64,000 nucleotides of DNA from Chiloscyllium plagiosum (taxonomy: Eukaryota), in NCBI RefSeq assembly GCF_004010195.1, contig NC_057719.1, positions 69,299,193 to 69,363,192 of the forward strand, in the 5' to 3' direction. Position 1 is the stretch's first letter. Each line of letters begins with the position of its first letter. Shown here in pieces: positions 12,037 through 24,659 of the stretch. The position numbers and the translations under genes are program-made. The notes under the pieces are model-generated. The model saw nothing but the letters and a program-made list of their open reading frames with translations. It was not told where the DNA came from and ran no database searches.

Positions 12037-12697
12037 NNNNNNNNNNNNNNNNNNNNNNNNNNNNNNNNNNNNNNNNNNNNNNNNNNNNNNNNNNNNNNNN
12101 NNNNNNNNNNNNNNNNNNNNNNNNNNNNNNNNNNNNNNNNNNNNNNNNNNNNNNNNNNNNNNNNNNNNNNNNNNNNNNNNNNNNNNNNNNNNNNNNNNNN
12201 NNNNNNNNNNNNNNNNNNNNNNNNNNNNNNNNNNNNNNNNNNNNNNNNNNNNNNNNNNNNNNNNNNNNNNNNNNNNNNNNNNNNNNNNNNNNNNNNNNNN
12301 NNNNNNNNNNNNNNNNNNNNNNNNNNNNNNNNNNNNNNNNNNNNNNNNNNNNNNNNNNNNNNNNNNNNNNNNNNNNNNNNNNNNNNNNNNNNNNNNNNNN
12401 NNNNNNNNNNNNNNNNNNNNNNNNNNNNNNNNNNNNNNNNNNNNNNNNNNNNNNNNNNNNNNNNNNNNNNNNNNNNNNNNNNNNNNNNNNNNNNNNNNNN
12501 NNNNNNNNNNNNNNNNNNNNNNNNNNNNNNNNNNNNNNNNNNNNNNNNNNNNNNNNNNNNNNNNNNNNNNNNNNNNNNNNNNNNNNNNNNNNNNNNNNNN
12601 NNNNNNNNNNNNNNNNNNNNNNNNNNNNNNNNNNNNNNNNNNNNNNNNNNNNNNNNNNNNNNNNNNNNNNNNNNNNNNNNNNNNNNNNNNNNNNNNN
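12037..12697. other. Assembly gap (N run)
   Basis: Run of N. Confidence 1.
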
Positions 12698-12866
12698 TCA
12701 TGACCTGTCCTACCTGCCTATCTTCCTTTCCACCTATCCACTCCACCCTCCTCTCTGACCTATCACCTTCATTCCCACCCCCATCCACCTATTGTACTCT
12801 ATGCTACTTTCTCCACACCCATACCCCCTCTCATTTACCTCTCCACTCTGCAGGTACCCTGCCTCT

Positions 12867-12902
12867 ATTCCTGATGAAGGGCTTTTGCCCGAAACGTCGA
12901 TT
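12867..12902 (+). ncRNA. Minimal hammerhead ribozyme motif in PLE terminus
   Basis: CTGATGA(12871-77) A GGGC-TTTT-GCCC GAAACGTC(12891-98): core boxes, 4-bp helix II, GUC triplet; helix I weak, helix III only the ACGT palindrome. Confidence 0.7.
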
Positions 12903-13238
12903 TTCCTGCTCCTCGGATGCTGCCTGACGTGCTGTGCTTTTCCAGCACCACTCTAACCTAGCACCTGAAATGTCACAACAATTTCTATTGTTCAGAACAG
13001 CTATTTTTTGATTGACATTTATTGAATAATTCATATAAAATGACTGATTCCCCTTGCTGTTACTTTTCCCGAATTGTTTGGCAATGGTCCTGCAACATAT
13101 AGTTCTTGTGCTTATCACTGTTCAAATCAATGCTTAATCCTGTAAATTCCTCACCAATCAGAAACTTGCAAGATGGTATTACTGAACTGCTCTTCTGGCT
13201 AAATCAAGCCTGTAAACTGAAGATCCTACGAATGATCA

Positions 13239-13244
13239 AATAAA
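13239..13244 (+). promoter_or_regulatory. Candidate polyadenylation signal of SAM gene
   Basis: First AATAAA I can find downstream of the stop codon in sequenced bases (gap unseen). Confidence 0.35.
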
Positions 13245-13314
13245 GGCAAGTACCTGTTTTGATTCAAACTGTCAAAGTACAGTCAGTCAGTCAATGCAGC
13301 ATACAATCAATATA

Positions 13315-13526
13315 CAGGTAATTCTGCTTTAATGTGTGTTTCGTTAATGCAAATTCGCGATAATGCCGATTGATGAATTGGGAACACTGTTTCTAAAGCA
13401 CAAACCTTTAAAGCGTGTATTGATTATAACGGCACCATTGGTTTAAATGGCACTGCTATTACACGACTTTCTTATAACATGGGATTGTATGAGAATGGAA
13501 ATACAGTGTTATAGTCGAACCGACTA
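13315..13526. mobile_element. Tc1/mariner (Tigger-like) MITE
   Basis: TA|caggtaattctgctttaa ... ttatagtcgaaccgacta|TA imperfect TIRs; internal gctataac/gttatagc-like subrepeats. Confidence 0.5.
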
Positions 13527-14389
13527 TACTCTTATTTGTTCTTATACTCTTCCCCATTTTCATCTCACACTCATCCTCATGGCTTATACTCAGTCTACTG
13601 CTCTATTGCTGAAAGGTGATGCCACACTGAACCAGTGCCAAGATACTGTGTGAAAGCAGCTCTTTGATTTTTCATTTCGATTGTCTGAGACAATGCTGAG
13701 CTTTCAGCTGCATGATCCACAGAAATACAGCTGATTGATTTTCAGTACCGTGGGGGGTCAAGCTGAGAGGCTGTGCCATTCTACTCTACTGCAGTGTGTA
13801 TTATGTCGGGTAGGAACACTGGCAGGGCCTACTAGTATTCAGTAGTCACACAGCAAAAATCACTAATGAAATTGTTAGCCTTTTTTAACTATGAGTCTAG
13901 ATTATAGAAGGGACACAAGCATTTTACAAGCATGAAAATAGCAGCTCATCCTAACTGCATCTAGAAACAGACTGCAGTGTTGAGAATTTGGTGATGGAGA
14001 GAATTTGAAGGTTCAATATCTTTCAAAAATCAAGTTTAGCTTGTATTTAACATTTAAATAAAACATATTCTTAAATGATGTTTATTTCAATCTTTGTCAG
14101 GGATAAAGAATATCTGTACTGGAGTGAGAGTTCCAGTCAATTAGGTAGCTAGTTTGAATTGTTCTTTTCCAGACAGCAGTTTGAATTCAGATGGTGTATA
14201 TAGAGGTGGTCTGGCTCAGAAAAGGAAGTTAGCAGCTCATCACTATCTGCAGCCAAACAAAAAGTCTGAAGGTTCACAGTAGGTTTCTGTCTGTGACCCC
14301 TGACATTTTCATGTTATTCTCTGAAACGTGCCTCATTAATGATGCATCGTGCCTCTATGGTGCACTGCCCATCCTGTCCTCATTTTCAC

Positions 14390-14527
14390 TAGATTAGATT
14401 CCCTACAGTGTGGAAACGGGCCCTTCTGCCAAACCAGTCCACACCAACCCTCTGAAGAGTAACCCACCCAGACCCATTTCCCTCTAACTAATGCACCTAA
14501 CACTATGGGCAATTTAGTATGGCCAAT
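14390..14527 (-). mobile_element. HE1 SINE 3' fragment
   Basis: agattagattccctacagtgtggaaac tail..gggcaatttagtatggccaat. Confidence 0.8.
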
Positions 14528-15439
14528 GTACTAGTGGCAGAAATACATACCATTGCGTGGAACTCCCAAGGATACAAAAGCCAGCTACATGTTTAAAGTC
14601 CCAGCCATGCACTGGGTCAAGCACTGCCTGCTAGGAGTTAATCCTTCACAGTTAGACACAGAATGGGAGGGGAATGAAGAAGAAATAGTTCTTAGGGCAT
14701 GTTGGTGGCATGGTTGACACTTCATTGCAAATACAACCCCACATATGTAAATGTATTGCTATCTCAGCTCCAAATTGTGAAGGTTACTCATCCTTAATCT
14801 CATCCCATCTTAGAAACTAGTCTGATGCATTCAGAATACAGCCAAACAGGCTGAATATCAACCAGCAAGTAATTCCAAAAAGAAAGAATGGGAGGGATTC
14901 TTGCTCAAGAATGTGATAGACCAAAGGTCAAAGCCTCTACCATCACCACTCGCAACTCCAGACTACAACATGCATATGAAAGTACAATTGCCACAACAAT
15001 TTGGACTTCTTGTGGGGTCTGAGTGGCATTGTTTGATGGAGAGACAGTACCCCCGATGAGTTCCTTGTTCAAGTTAAAAATAGATTAAGTACCTCCTTTC
15101 ATGCCTTACCTGTGGTAGAGACTTTATCACTGTGGATTAGAACTGCCTTCAGGCTGAGAACTGAAGATGATACGTCACTCTACATTACTTGTGTTGGGTG
15201 AAAAGTCCTCCCAAGACAGAAAGGTCCTGCCATAATGATAGAGTATCTTCTGCTTTCACTAAAATGGAAACTTTCTTCTCGTCAGTTGACATTTTCAGTT
15301 GACACAGATATACTTTTGACAATAAAAAGTAGTTTTGTGCTCTTTTTCAGGTATGTATGATAAGTTTTTTATGAAACATGCCTTTATTATAGTTTGAAAA
15401 TATACAGAGGATACTAAGTTGCTGCCTTCAGAAGGAATT

Positions 15440-16860
15440 GAGAGTAATCGATTGCTAGGGAGTTCAATTGCTATTTTCTGGACTCAATGACCTGGCAGCA
15501 ATGCCACAAGAAAGTTAATGACCTCGGGTAGGTTGTTGATGTCAGTGAACGTTTCTTTACATAGAATGTCCTACCCAGCTCTGTCTAAGCCTGTCACTCT
15601 CCTCAATGCACCACACTCCCATCATTTAACCAGAAGCATGCCCTGGCACTCAGGTCTTATGCATAACATCCACTACACCTTCACACAACTCTTGCCGCCT
15701 TCATGTACTTCCTGGTACACATCCAAACACATTCCTACATATTCTTCACTTTCTTTTGCAGAATAAAGTGCCTCATAATAAAATATTAGCAGTTGGGCCA
15801 GCACCTCCCAGTGTCTACAGAGGAAATGAATGTTTGTATCATGGGACCAGCTATAACAGAGCCCAGAGAATCAGGATAATTCTACGTTCCTGCCTTTTGT
15901 AACTTCTCAACACCTACTTTCTTGTTTTCTGGCACAATGTACAGTCTGCTGGTGTGACTATGAAGCCCAGCTTTCACTCACCTCAACCTTTCCCTTCCTG
16001 ATTTATTTTTGTTTTCTGACAAATTAACAACTGCTTCCTTCCCTGTCACAGGAATACTCCCAGGAGGTAGAGCAACATCACCCCCATTGCTGCATAATTA
16101 CTGCCACTTAATCAGTCACTCAGATACCAACCATGCAGAAGGCTGGAGCATCATTGGGATCAGTGGCTGCTTAGTCACTGGGCAGAAGTGGGCTGCAGTC
16201 ATGTCAGGGAGAGAGAAGGACGCTTCTTGTGCCAACCCTTGGAGGTTGAGGTTACAGATGAATTTTTGGTCAGATGAGAACCTTGACGAGGCAGCAGACG
16301 GGAGATGACCGATTGCCAGGAAGCCTGAAATGGTCAGTATATTGGCTGGCCTGTCTGACAGCCTCCTATCTTTGTCAAAAAAGCAAGAAAGGGTTCAGCT
16401 CCAATTTGACAGTGCTTAATGTGCAGCATTTTCCTTCTCCCTGTAATGCTGCAGACATAAAGCATTGAAACTGACCCCATAGCTGATGCAGTCCTTGCGT
16501 GGATTGTTCGGCTACTATTCTGCCTACCAGTAATGATATTGCAACCCTCTCTGTCAAATCCTGAAACTCACTGCTATACTTGCAAAATCATTGCAAATTA
16601 CTCTTGATACTTTTCAACAGACGGAGTTCAGAATGACCCTATCTTCGAGCTGGGTATCTTGCCCTTTAAGTAACACTAGCATCAAGTCCATCAAAGCAGC
16701 TCAACAATTTGATCTATTGTGGGTGAGAAGCGTTGAACAGGTCTCATTTAAATTTTGTCAGTGATTGTCACATTAATCAGTTGACACATGTTCAGTTATC
16801 TCCAGGGTTAGAAATAAGGTGGTGTGCCATCTGGGTGACACCAAGAGAGGGTGGCAGTAG
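15440..16860. mobile_element. Probable degraded PIF/Harbinger DNA transposon (spliced Myb/SANT gene on +, transposase relic on -)
   Basis: + TWQQCHKKVNDL|gtagg near 15490 and ..ttgcag|NKVPHN near 15761; - ARYP near 16655 and RIVAEQ..GQFQCF..ALQ..CCTL resembling the HARBI1 C-terminus. Confidence 0.45.
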
Positions 16861-17984
16861 AGTGCATTATTATCCAGGAGGGAAATCAGTGCTACTAATT
16901 TGAGTTTAATGATCATTGTATCTACATAGCTGTAGGAAAAGTTTTATTCTATAACCTGGCCATTTCTTGTTTTACGATTGTTTGAAGTGAATGACATTGT
17001 TACTTAAGTGTACTTAATTGGACATTAAATTTCCTCTCAGTTCTTCCTTTGAAGATTAAAATCCAGGCAACATTTGATATATGCAAAAATGAGGCTGATC
17101 GACAGAAAAGTGCATTTGGGTAATTTAAAGATCTAAGGATCTCTTATGTTATGTCAAAGACATATTTTACGGTGGCAATAAAATTTTAAACTTACAGATG
17201 TTAAAGTATTATATTGAAGGCAGCTGAGTTTATTCATTTTTGAATAACAGTATTAGACTAAAAATGTCTCCATGAATCAGGAATAAGTCAGTGGGCAGTT
17301 GGCCATGTGACAGGAACTAAAATTGAATCATGAAATGAGATCTAAATTGAAGGCTTTTAATTTTTAGCTAATGTGTCTAACATATTTTCATTTTCTTGGC
17401 ATTTAAATGAATAAAAATGTAGAGCATTACTATTTTTAAGTGAGGTTTAACTGTCTGTCACCATTATCTTTGATTTTCTCAGTATAATGCTATTACTGAG
17501 TATACTGGTTGCAATGAGTTGAGTTAGCTGAAAGAGCTATTTTACGAGGATTGCCAATTCAGAAGTTAAAACACAATTTGATATGAAAATCAAATGAAAC
17601 AAAATAATCTCTGGGAAGATAAACTCCTCAAAAGTTCAGGAAATGAAAATTTGGGAGTGAGTTCAAAAAGAATTAAATTAATATCAGATAACTGAAAATA
17701 AGAAATTCAACCTGAATAAGAGTGCAGTTTTGCAAACTCAAATCTTGAAGAATATGCTCGTCCAAGATCGACAGAAAAGTGCATCAAAATGAATTCTAGC
17801 ATGTTTTGGGATTCATTTAAATTTTAGACATATATTAAAATCCAAATAGGAGATAATTTGGAACATGTCAAAAATGTACATAATTTCCAAAAGGCATCAT
17901 GGAAATATATTCAATAGCAGCTGAAACCCTGAATATGAGGTGGAAATGCTATTTGGTGCTTAGTTCAACAATTTTAGTCAGTTA

Positions 17985-18760
17985 TTCTTCCTAAGAGATC
18001 ATTTTATATGTCAAAATGAACTCCAACATTTCCTTCATATATCAATCTACCCCATAACCTACTTTTTAATTCCTTCAAGAGCCCATCCAAGTTTCTTCTG
18101 AAATCGTTGATTGTCTCTGCTTTTACCACCCTCATTAGGTAGCAACCTCTAATCACCAACTGCATGACAGAGTTCTTCATTACATTGCACCTCCTGCCAA
18201 AAATCGTAACTCTGTCTCCTGGACCTTGTACCTTCAGCTAATGAAAACAGTTTTCCTTGTTGGTCTTATCTAAATCTGCCATAATCTTATACAACTGTTT
18301 CAAATCTTCCTCAATTCCTTTTGCTGCAAGGAGAACAACTCCAATTTCTACAACCTAACCTTGTCAGTGAAATTCCCCAACCCTGAAACTATTCTGGTAA
18401 ATCTCTTCTGTAACTTTTCAATTACCCTCATAACTTTCCTACAACCTGACGATCAGACCTGCTTGCAATACCCTAGTTATGACCTAATGTCGTGGCTTTA
18501 TACACATTTACAATAACTTTCCTGATATTTATACTCAATATTTATTGAAAACAAAGGCTACATGTGCCAAGCACTTTCTCTCAACAAAAAAGTCACTCTT
18601 TAGAACTGCAACATGAATTCTCCATTGCCTCTTCCTATCTCTTTTGCTAAATTGCATTACCTCATGCTTGTCGGTGTTAAATTTCAGCTGTCACTTTTTT
18701 TGCTTATTCTGTAAACCACTCTATGTCATGTTGTAGTCAGTGCCATACTTATGTGTCACT
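17985..18760 (-). mobile_element. Old CR1 LINE 3' region, highly diverged
   Basis: aaatcttcctcaattccttttgctgcaaggagaacaactcc, attctggtaaatctcttctgtaac, cattacctcatgcttgtcggtgttaaatttcagctgtcac: rc of CR1 RT C-terminal motifs. Confidence 0.6.
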
Positions 18761-19224
18761 ATTTCATTTCAAAACTTTATGCTGAATTCCAATATTCAAG
18801 AAACGTATGTGTATCAAAAAAAACTTGATCATTCTAGGAATGACTTTCAGGCCATATAACTGTCTACCATTGGCCATTCTGAAAAATAACAGAAAATTAC
18901 CACGTCGTATTTTCTGTCTTAAGTCTTTTTTAAAATCTAAGCTGATTTGACCACTTATTGGCCTCAAATGACAGTAGGGTCAATGGGAGAGCATGGGCCT
19001 TCCTGCCCAGAATGTAATATGGGTGGAGGTGGAAAGATGGCAGCATCCTGGGATGTCACCATCTTGCCTAACTAGGTTACCCTCCCGCCTCCTGGTCTGC
19101 CACTTCTGGGACCAGAAGATTCTGCTCTACATGTTCCTCCCCTTTCTTACCCTTTACATTATTCAATTGATATTAATGTGTTTAAAGTTAAAGTTCACCA
19201 AAGTTACCACTCTGCATTTCTCAC

Positions 19225-19600
19225 TCAGAGTCAGAGTCTTAGAGATGTACAGCATGGAAACAGACCCTTCGGTCCAAACCGTCCATGCCGACCAGATATC
19301 CCAACCCAATCTAGTCCCACCTGCCAGCACCCGGCCCATATCCCTCTGAACCCTTCCTATTCATATACCCATCCAAATGCCTCTTAAATGGTGCAATTGT
19401 ACCAGCATCCACCACATCCTCTGGCAGCTCATTCCATACACATACCACCCTCTGCGTGAAAAAGTTGCCCCTTAGGTCTCTTTTATATCTTTCCCCTCTC
19501 ACCCTAAACCTATGCCCTCTAGTTCTGGACTCCCCGACCCCAGGGAAAAGATTGTCTATTTATCCTATCCATCCCCCTCATAATTTTGTAAACCTCTATT
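19225..19600 (-). mobile_element. HER1/CR1 3' end, young
   Basis: RGERYKRDLRGNFFTQRVVCVWNELPEDVVDAGTIAPFKRHLD plus 3' tail. Confidence 0.9.
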
Positions 19601-20214
19601 AATGGGTAAGGCTGTGATGGGCTTAATCAAAAGCCTTGCTGAAATCCATGCTGACATTATCAAATATGCTACCCTCGTCAACCCTCCTTCACTTAATCAA
19701 AAAAACCTCAATCAAGTTAGTCAGACATGATGTTTGTTTGACAAATCCATTCTAACTAATCTGTGCCTCTCAATGACAACTCACATCTCAGATTTTTTTT
19801 CCAATACTTTTCCTGCTATCCAAATGAGACTGAGTTCTGTGTCATGACTCAGTCCATACTTGCTTCAATTTTGAACAGTGATACATTAGCAGTTCTGTAC
19901 ATCTGTAGCTAGATGGTATTGGAAAATTATAAATCTCTATGTCTTGTTTCCTTTAGCAGTTGGATTACATTTTACATGGAACTGGTGGTTTCTCAACTTT
20001 GAATGATTCTAAACATCTTAACATTTACTTTCTCACTATCCTTATCTCATTCAAGATTTCAATCTCTTCCACTTCAAATGCAATGTATGCTTTGTATCTT
20101 TTTCTCACAGAGAGCGCCAAAGTATTAACAACCATATCCAATCATAAAATATTTCTGTATGTTCCTTCATGTTTGTTTGCGGTATTTTCCATGCACTTGC
20201 TTTACATTAAAAAA

Positions 20215-21360
20215 AAAACCCCAAAGAACTGCAAATGCTGGAAATCAGAAACAGAATTGCTGGAAAACTTGGCAGATCTGGCAGCATCTGTTGAGAGAAA
20301 GTAATATTAATGTTGTGTGTCCAGTGACTGTTTGTGAGAACTGATTTTAGCAAGAAAAAAAATTGGTATATAAGCTGAAGATAAAGGAATGGGTAAAGGT
20401 CAGCCTGGGAGAATCAATATCTGTTAATGGGGACCATCAGTTGTTAACAATGAGTTGTTCATGTTCAATTCTATTCCATTCTCCCAGTTTCTCAGTCACA
20501 TCTGCAACCACGATGCCAACTTCTACAAGGAAACCTCTGAAATATCCACCTTCTTCCTCAACTGAGGATTCCCCAGCACTGCAGTTCACAGGATCCTCAG
20601 CTGTGTCTGATCCATGTCCTGCACTTCTACCCTCACCCCACCTCTTCCCTCCCACAACAGCAACAGGGTCCCCTGGTCCTCACCCACCAGCATCCATATC
20701 CCAAGGATCATTAACTGTCATTTCCGCCACCTCCAGTGGGATGCCACTGCCAGACAGCTATTCCCTTCCACTTCCTCACCAGTCTTCCGCAGGGTCAATG
20801 GCCTCTGGGACACCTTCGTCCACTGCTCCCAACACCTACCTACACCTCAACAGAAATCTCAGTTGCCTGTTTACTTCCTCCCTCCTCACTATCCAAGGCC
20901 CCAGAGACACCTTCCTTGTGAAGCAGGGACTTACTTGCCCTTCCCTCAATCTAGTCTACTCCATTTGCTGCTTACAATGTGGTCTGCTCTATACTGGGGA
21001 GATAAAACACAGACACAGGGGGACTGCTTGGAGGAACACTTATGGTCTATCCATAAAAACGACCCTGAGCTTCAAAGTACCATTTTATTCTCTGGCTAAC
21101 ATCTGTCTCAGGTTTGCTGCAGTGCTCCAGCAAAGCTCAGTGCAATCTGGAAGAACAGCATCTGCTTTTCTGCTTGGGGACTCTGCCACCTTCAGGACTC
21201 AATATCCACTTCAATAATTTTGAGGCCTGAGCACCTTCTCTATGTCCTTGTCCCAAATCCCATACACCAGGCCTTGTCACATGGGCTGCTACCACAGTCA
21301 ACCCATTGTTGGCCACTAATGGTCCCCATTAGCAGTTATTCCTTTTTCTTCAGGCTGACC
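20215..21360 (+). mobile_element. Degraded PLE: inverted pseudo-LTR (20215-20440) plus GIY-YIG endonuclease region
   Basis: TCPSLNLVYSICCLQCGLLYTGEIK (GIY-YIG with Cys knuckle); RVPWSSPTSIHIPRIINCHFRHLQ; gctggaaaacttggcagatctggcagcatct terminus. Confidence 0.8.
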
Positions 21361-21371
21361 TTTAGTCAGTC

Positions 21372-21635
21372 CGAAAGTAAAGATGTCTTTACTATTTGAA
21401 ACATAAAGTAAAGCTTTATTTACATTGTCCCCTTCAAACACTTACAGGGCAGGTACAAGTTGAGTTTAAATACAGAGTATAGCTGCCTCTACTCTTTTAG
21501 ACTGAAAGTAAATTTCCTTCTACTATATCAAACAGAAAGTAAGTCTCTCTCTACATTGTCTCCATTAAACACTCCTTGGACAGGGACAGAGACAGAGACA
21601 GCATGAGGTTAGATACAGAATAAATCTGCTTGTAC
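21372..21635. repeat. Degenerate tandem repeat (shark minisatellite-like)
   Basis: Recurring aaagtaaa..tctac attgtccc..aaacac..cagg..gttagatacaga units. Confidence 0.55.
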
Positions 21636-21639
21636 TCTT

Positions 21640-23885
21640 TTTAAAACAAAAAGTCAAAACAATGAAACATCCCCTGCTGAAGCACTGTATCAAAATAAAA
21701 CACAAATTAACAATCAAATGAAATTTTACATAACCAAACAGAAACTCATTATGTTGTCCATGGCAATTCCCAGGAGAGGGAACAAGGTAACCAGCCGGTA
21801 TCACAGCATGGCAGTGATCAGCTGGTTTACAATCCACACGGCCTGTAAGACAGGTCTTGGAACAGTCCTGTCCTCATCATCTTGGTTTCTAGCTGTTGCC
21901 AACTTGTCACCAGCCAGGATTCCTCGGCAGGGCAAAGACAGATTCCCAGGTAGAGGTGGTGAGTGCTACCCCATGTGAAACACCGGAGGCTCCTCCAGCA
22001 GGGGTCCACCTCCCACAGACTGGTCAGAGTCCCAAACCTTTACTCCAGTCGATCCTCACGTAGGATGTTGCACAGTGGATCTTGCATCCTCTGGGTCCGT
22101 GAACACGAGGAGCACTTCATCAGCGTACACTGAAGGGACCACCCGGAGCCCTGACTTGCGCAGAGGCAAACCCGACCGGTGTGGGAACAGCTCCACGCAG
22201 ACAGAATACAGCTGGTCAGACATTGGCAGCCCTAATACACTCCTCCCCCAAAGCACAGAGACACCGCCAGGAACTCATTGACCTTTATTAATCACTCTGT
22301 GGCATCGTACAAGTCAGATCTGGGTGATAAAGTGCATCCCGGAGTTGAAATCTCTCAAATTCCTGATCAAATACTCGTGATCCACCCTGTCCAATGCCTT
22401 TTCATAATCAAGGGAGAGAAAGGCACTTTACAGAACAGCCCTCCTGGATTGATGAGCCATGTCCCAGACCAGGTGAAAATTATTGGGAATGTTCCGGCCT
22501 GGGACTGTGCAAGACTGGTCTGGGTGGATCATGTGGTCCAGCACAGGGCTGAAATGAGACAAAAGCGCTCTGGTGAAGAGTTTGCAGTCCATGCTGACGA
22601 GGGAGACCAGATGCCAGTTCGTTAACAAATGGAGATCCCCTTTTTGGGCAACAGCGCAATGACATCCTTGGGCCAAGGGGCATCTCTCCAGTGATACATT
22701 TCCCCAGGACACATGCATACTCACCCTCCCCACCCCCAGTATGTCCTGAGGTTTCCAGCAGCAGGGACTTACCCCGGAAAAGCCAGTTGTGGGTGCCAGT
22801 CAGCTCCTCTAGACTGAGAGGGGCATCCAGCCTCTCGATACCCTCTAAGCTGACCCACAACAGGTTGTTGTACCTACCACAGAGTGTACTTTAACGCGCA
22901 TCTAGCGAAGAAACTGTGAGCCAACTCTTAATAGTAATAAATGATATTGTATTAAATAAATATTATCACAATAATGAAATACACTACAAACTATCAATTT
23001 ACACTATAAATCTAATAAACTATCTTGTGCTTTAACTTAACTCTGGATGATCATATACCACCATACTAGATCCTGGCCTTGATCCACGTGGCGATGATTG
23101 CCTGGTCTTCTCGGTGGTTGGTCTTGAGTTACCACTCCTGAGGGTAGCGTTGCAGTGATTCTGATACTTAGAGGTCCTCATTCCCTTTTGGGAGGGTCTT
23201 CAATGTCCACCAATAGATCAATAAGGTTCAATCACCTTGATCGATCGGACCCAACCAGGTGCTAACATGTCAATGGCAGGGTGGTCCTCGAGCATCCCTT
23301 CCTGGAGATGTTGGGAACACATAGGTCAAGTAGCCCTCTCCAGTGAGGTGCCCCTGTGCCTGGTAAACAACTTGATATTTCTGACTGACCCGGTATTGGC
23401 ATTCAGGTTGATTCTATTCAATTCCAATTCAAGTGTGTATTGTATTGTCTGTGTACTGCCTGTCCTTAGCTGCAGCCTTCCTGGATTCTGCAAAATGTTT
23501 ATTCCAGACTCTCTGAACAGTCACTTTTGGCCAAGGCTTGTCTGAATTTCTCAGCATGCCTAATTTATTGTCCCTTTTTATCACAAGATTATAATTTTGA
23601 GTGACTGTCCGGCCACAAGGTCATCCCACAGAAGCTTGCGAGCAGGATCACTGGATACAACCGGAGAGATGTGAGCCAAATAGAAGTCCCTCATGTAGGG
23701 TCTGATACCTTTTGGATCAGAGATGAAAGATCTGTCATTGGCAAGCAGCACAAGGAGCTGCTGGCAAACCCATTACTTTTTTTTCAAGCGCGTAGAAGGG
23801 GGAGCCATAGTCCAGACCTGAAAGGAACTGGATCCATGACCTCATGTATGCACCGAGAGACCTGGCAAGATATTACACTCAACCT
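21640..23885 (-). mobile_element. Tx1-clade non-LTR retrotransposon ORF2 relic, split by a solo LTR
   Basis: RGAYMRSWIQF..FYALEKK, SDPARKLLWDDL / ERLDAPLSLEEL, NWHLVSLVSMDCKLF..MIHPDQSCTVPGRNI, YADEVLLVF; colinear with Xenopus Tx1 ORF2 as I recall it. Confidence 0.85.
22866..23617. mobile_element. Solo LTR (752 bp), Gypsy or class I ERV type
   Basis: TGT...ACA termini; perfect 4-bp TSD AGGT at 22862-22865 and 23618-23621; interrupts colinear Tx1 coding sequence. Confidence 0.8.
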
Positions 23886-24659
23886 CATCAATTAACATAT
23901 TCAGTCACTATACAGCAAAGTATGTGGAGTAAAATATTGGGCAATATGTACCAGTTTGGAACCTGCTTGATTGCCATCCATTCATTAAAATAGACCAAAG
24001 AAAACAGATAGGCTTTGTAACAAATACACAATTCTGTGTTTGACACTCTGTACTTCCAGAGTACATGCTTTATGCTGGGAATACAAAAGCAGAAAAATTA
24101 CTTCTGACATTAATAAATAAGTGGCCTGTATGTAAGGCTATGTACTTCCATCAGGTTAGGTCAGGAAAGGTTTTTCATATTGTGCCCAGTTTGCTTTCAA
24201 AGCCACAAGTATATCAAAAAGTTTTGAAATTGCACCAAAAGCCTGAAAGAACTATTAGAAAACACATTTTTTTAAAACCTTGAAAAGACACAACTAACGA
24301 AGTGTGGAGATGTGGAAACGAAGGAAATGAGTAGACGAATATAGATATATGTTCGAGAGAAAATGATTGTACCTTAGGTCACCCTTGCAACCTTAAAGTA
24401 TGAATAGGAATAAAAATAATAGTAAGGGTGGGGGTCAGGGTGAAAGCAATGATGATTTAAAAGGTTTGGGAACAGCAGAATAAGAGAAATTGTCAAAAAA
24501 TATCCAATAAATGATAAACCTATCAATTAGCTAGAAAGGGTAAAGGATATAGCAAAAGAAAAAAAAATATAAAAATTTAAAAGAATATTACATTCCCTGC
24601 ATTACACAGAACAGAACGTCAGCAACAAATGTGCTGGGTCATATTCAATTTACTATTTT

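Larger units (their letters stand above)
11320..12961 (+). mobile_element. Penelope-like retroelement (RT region, gap, 3' pseudo-LTR) inserted downstream of the SAM gene stop codon
   Basis: FYILPKIHKP..GRPIVS, MDIQSLY, QTKGVAMGTRMGPNYA, LRYIDD; 13-bp TSD CACCTGAAATGTC at 11307-11319 and 12962-12974. Confidence 0.93.

Noticed and set aside
20363..21217. 284-aa Ser/Pro-rich ORF
   Set aside because: Frameshifted PLE endonuclease relic, mostly out of frame
21372..21635. CRISPR-like repeat-spacer appearance
   Set aside because: Vertebrate DNA, degenerate irregular units, no cas genes; a minisatellite
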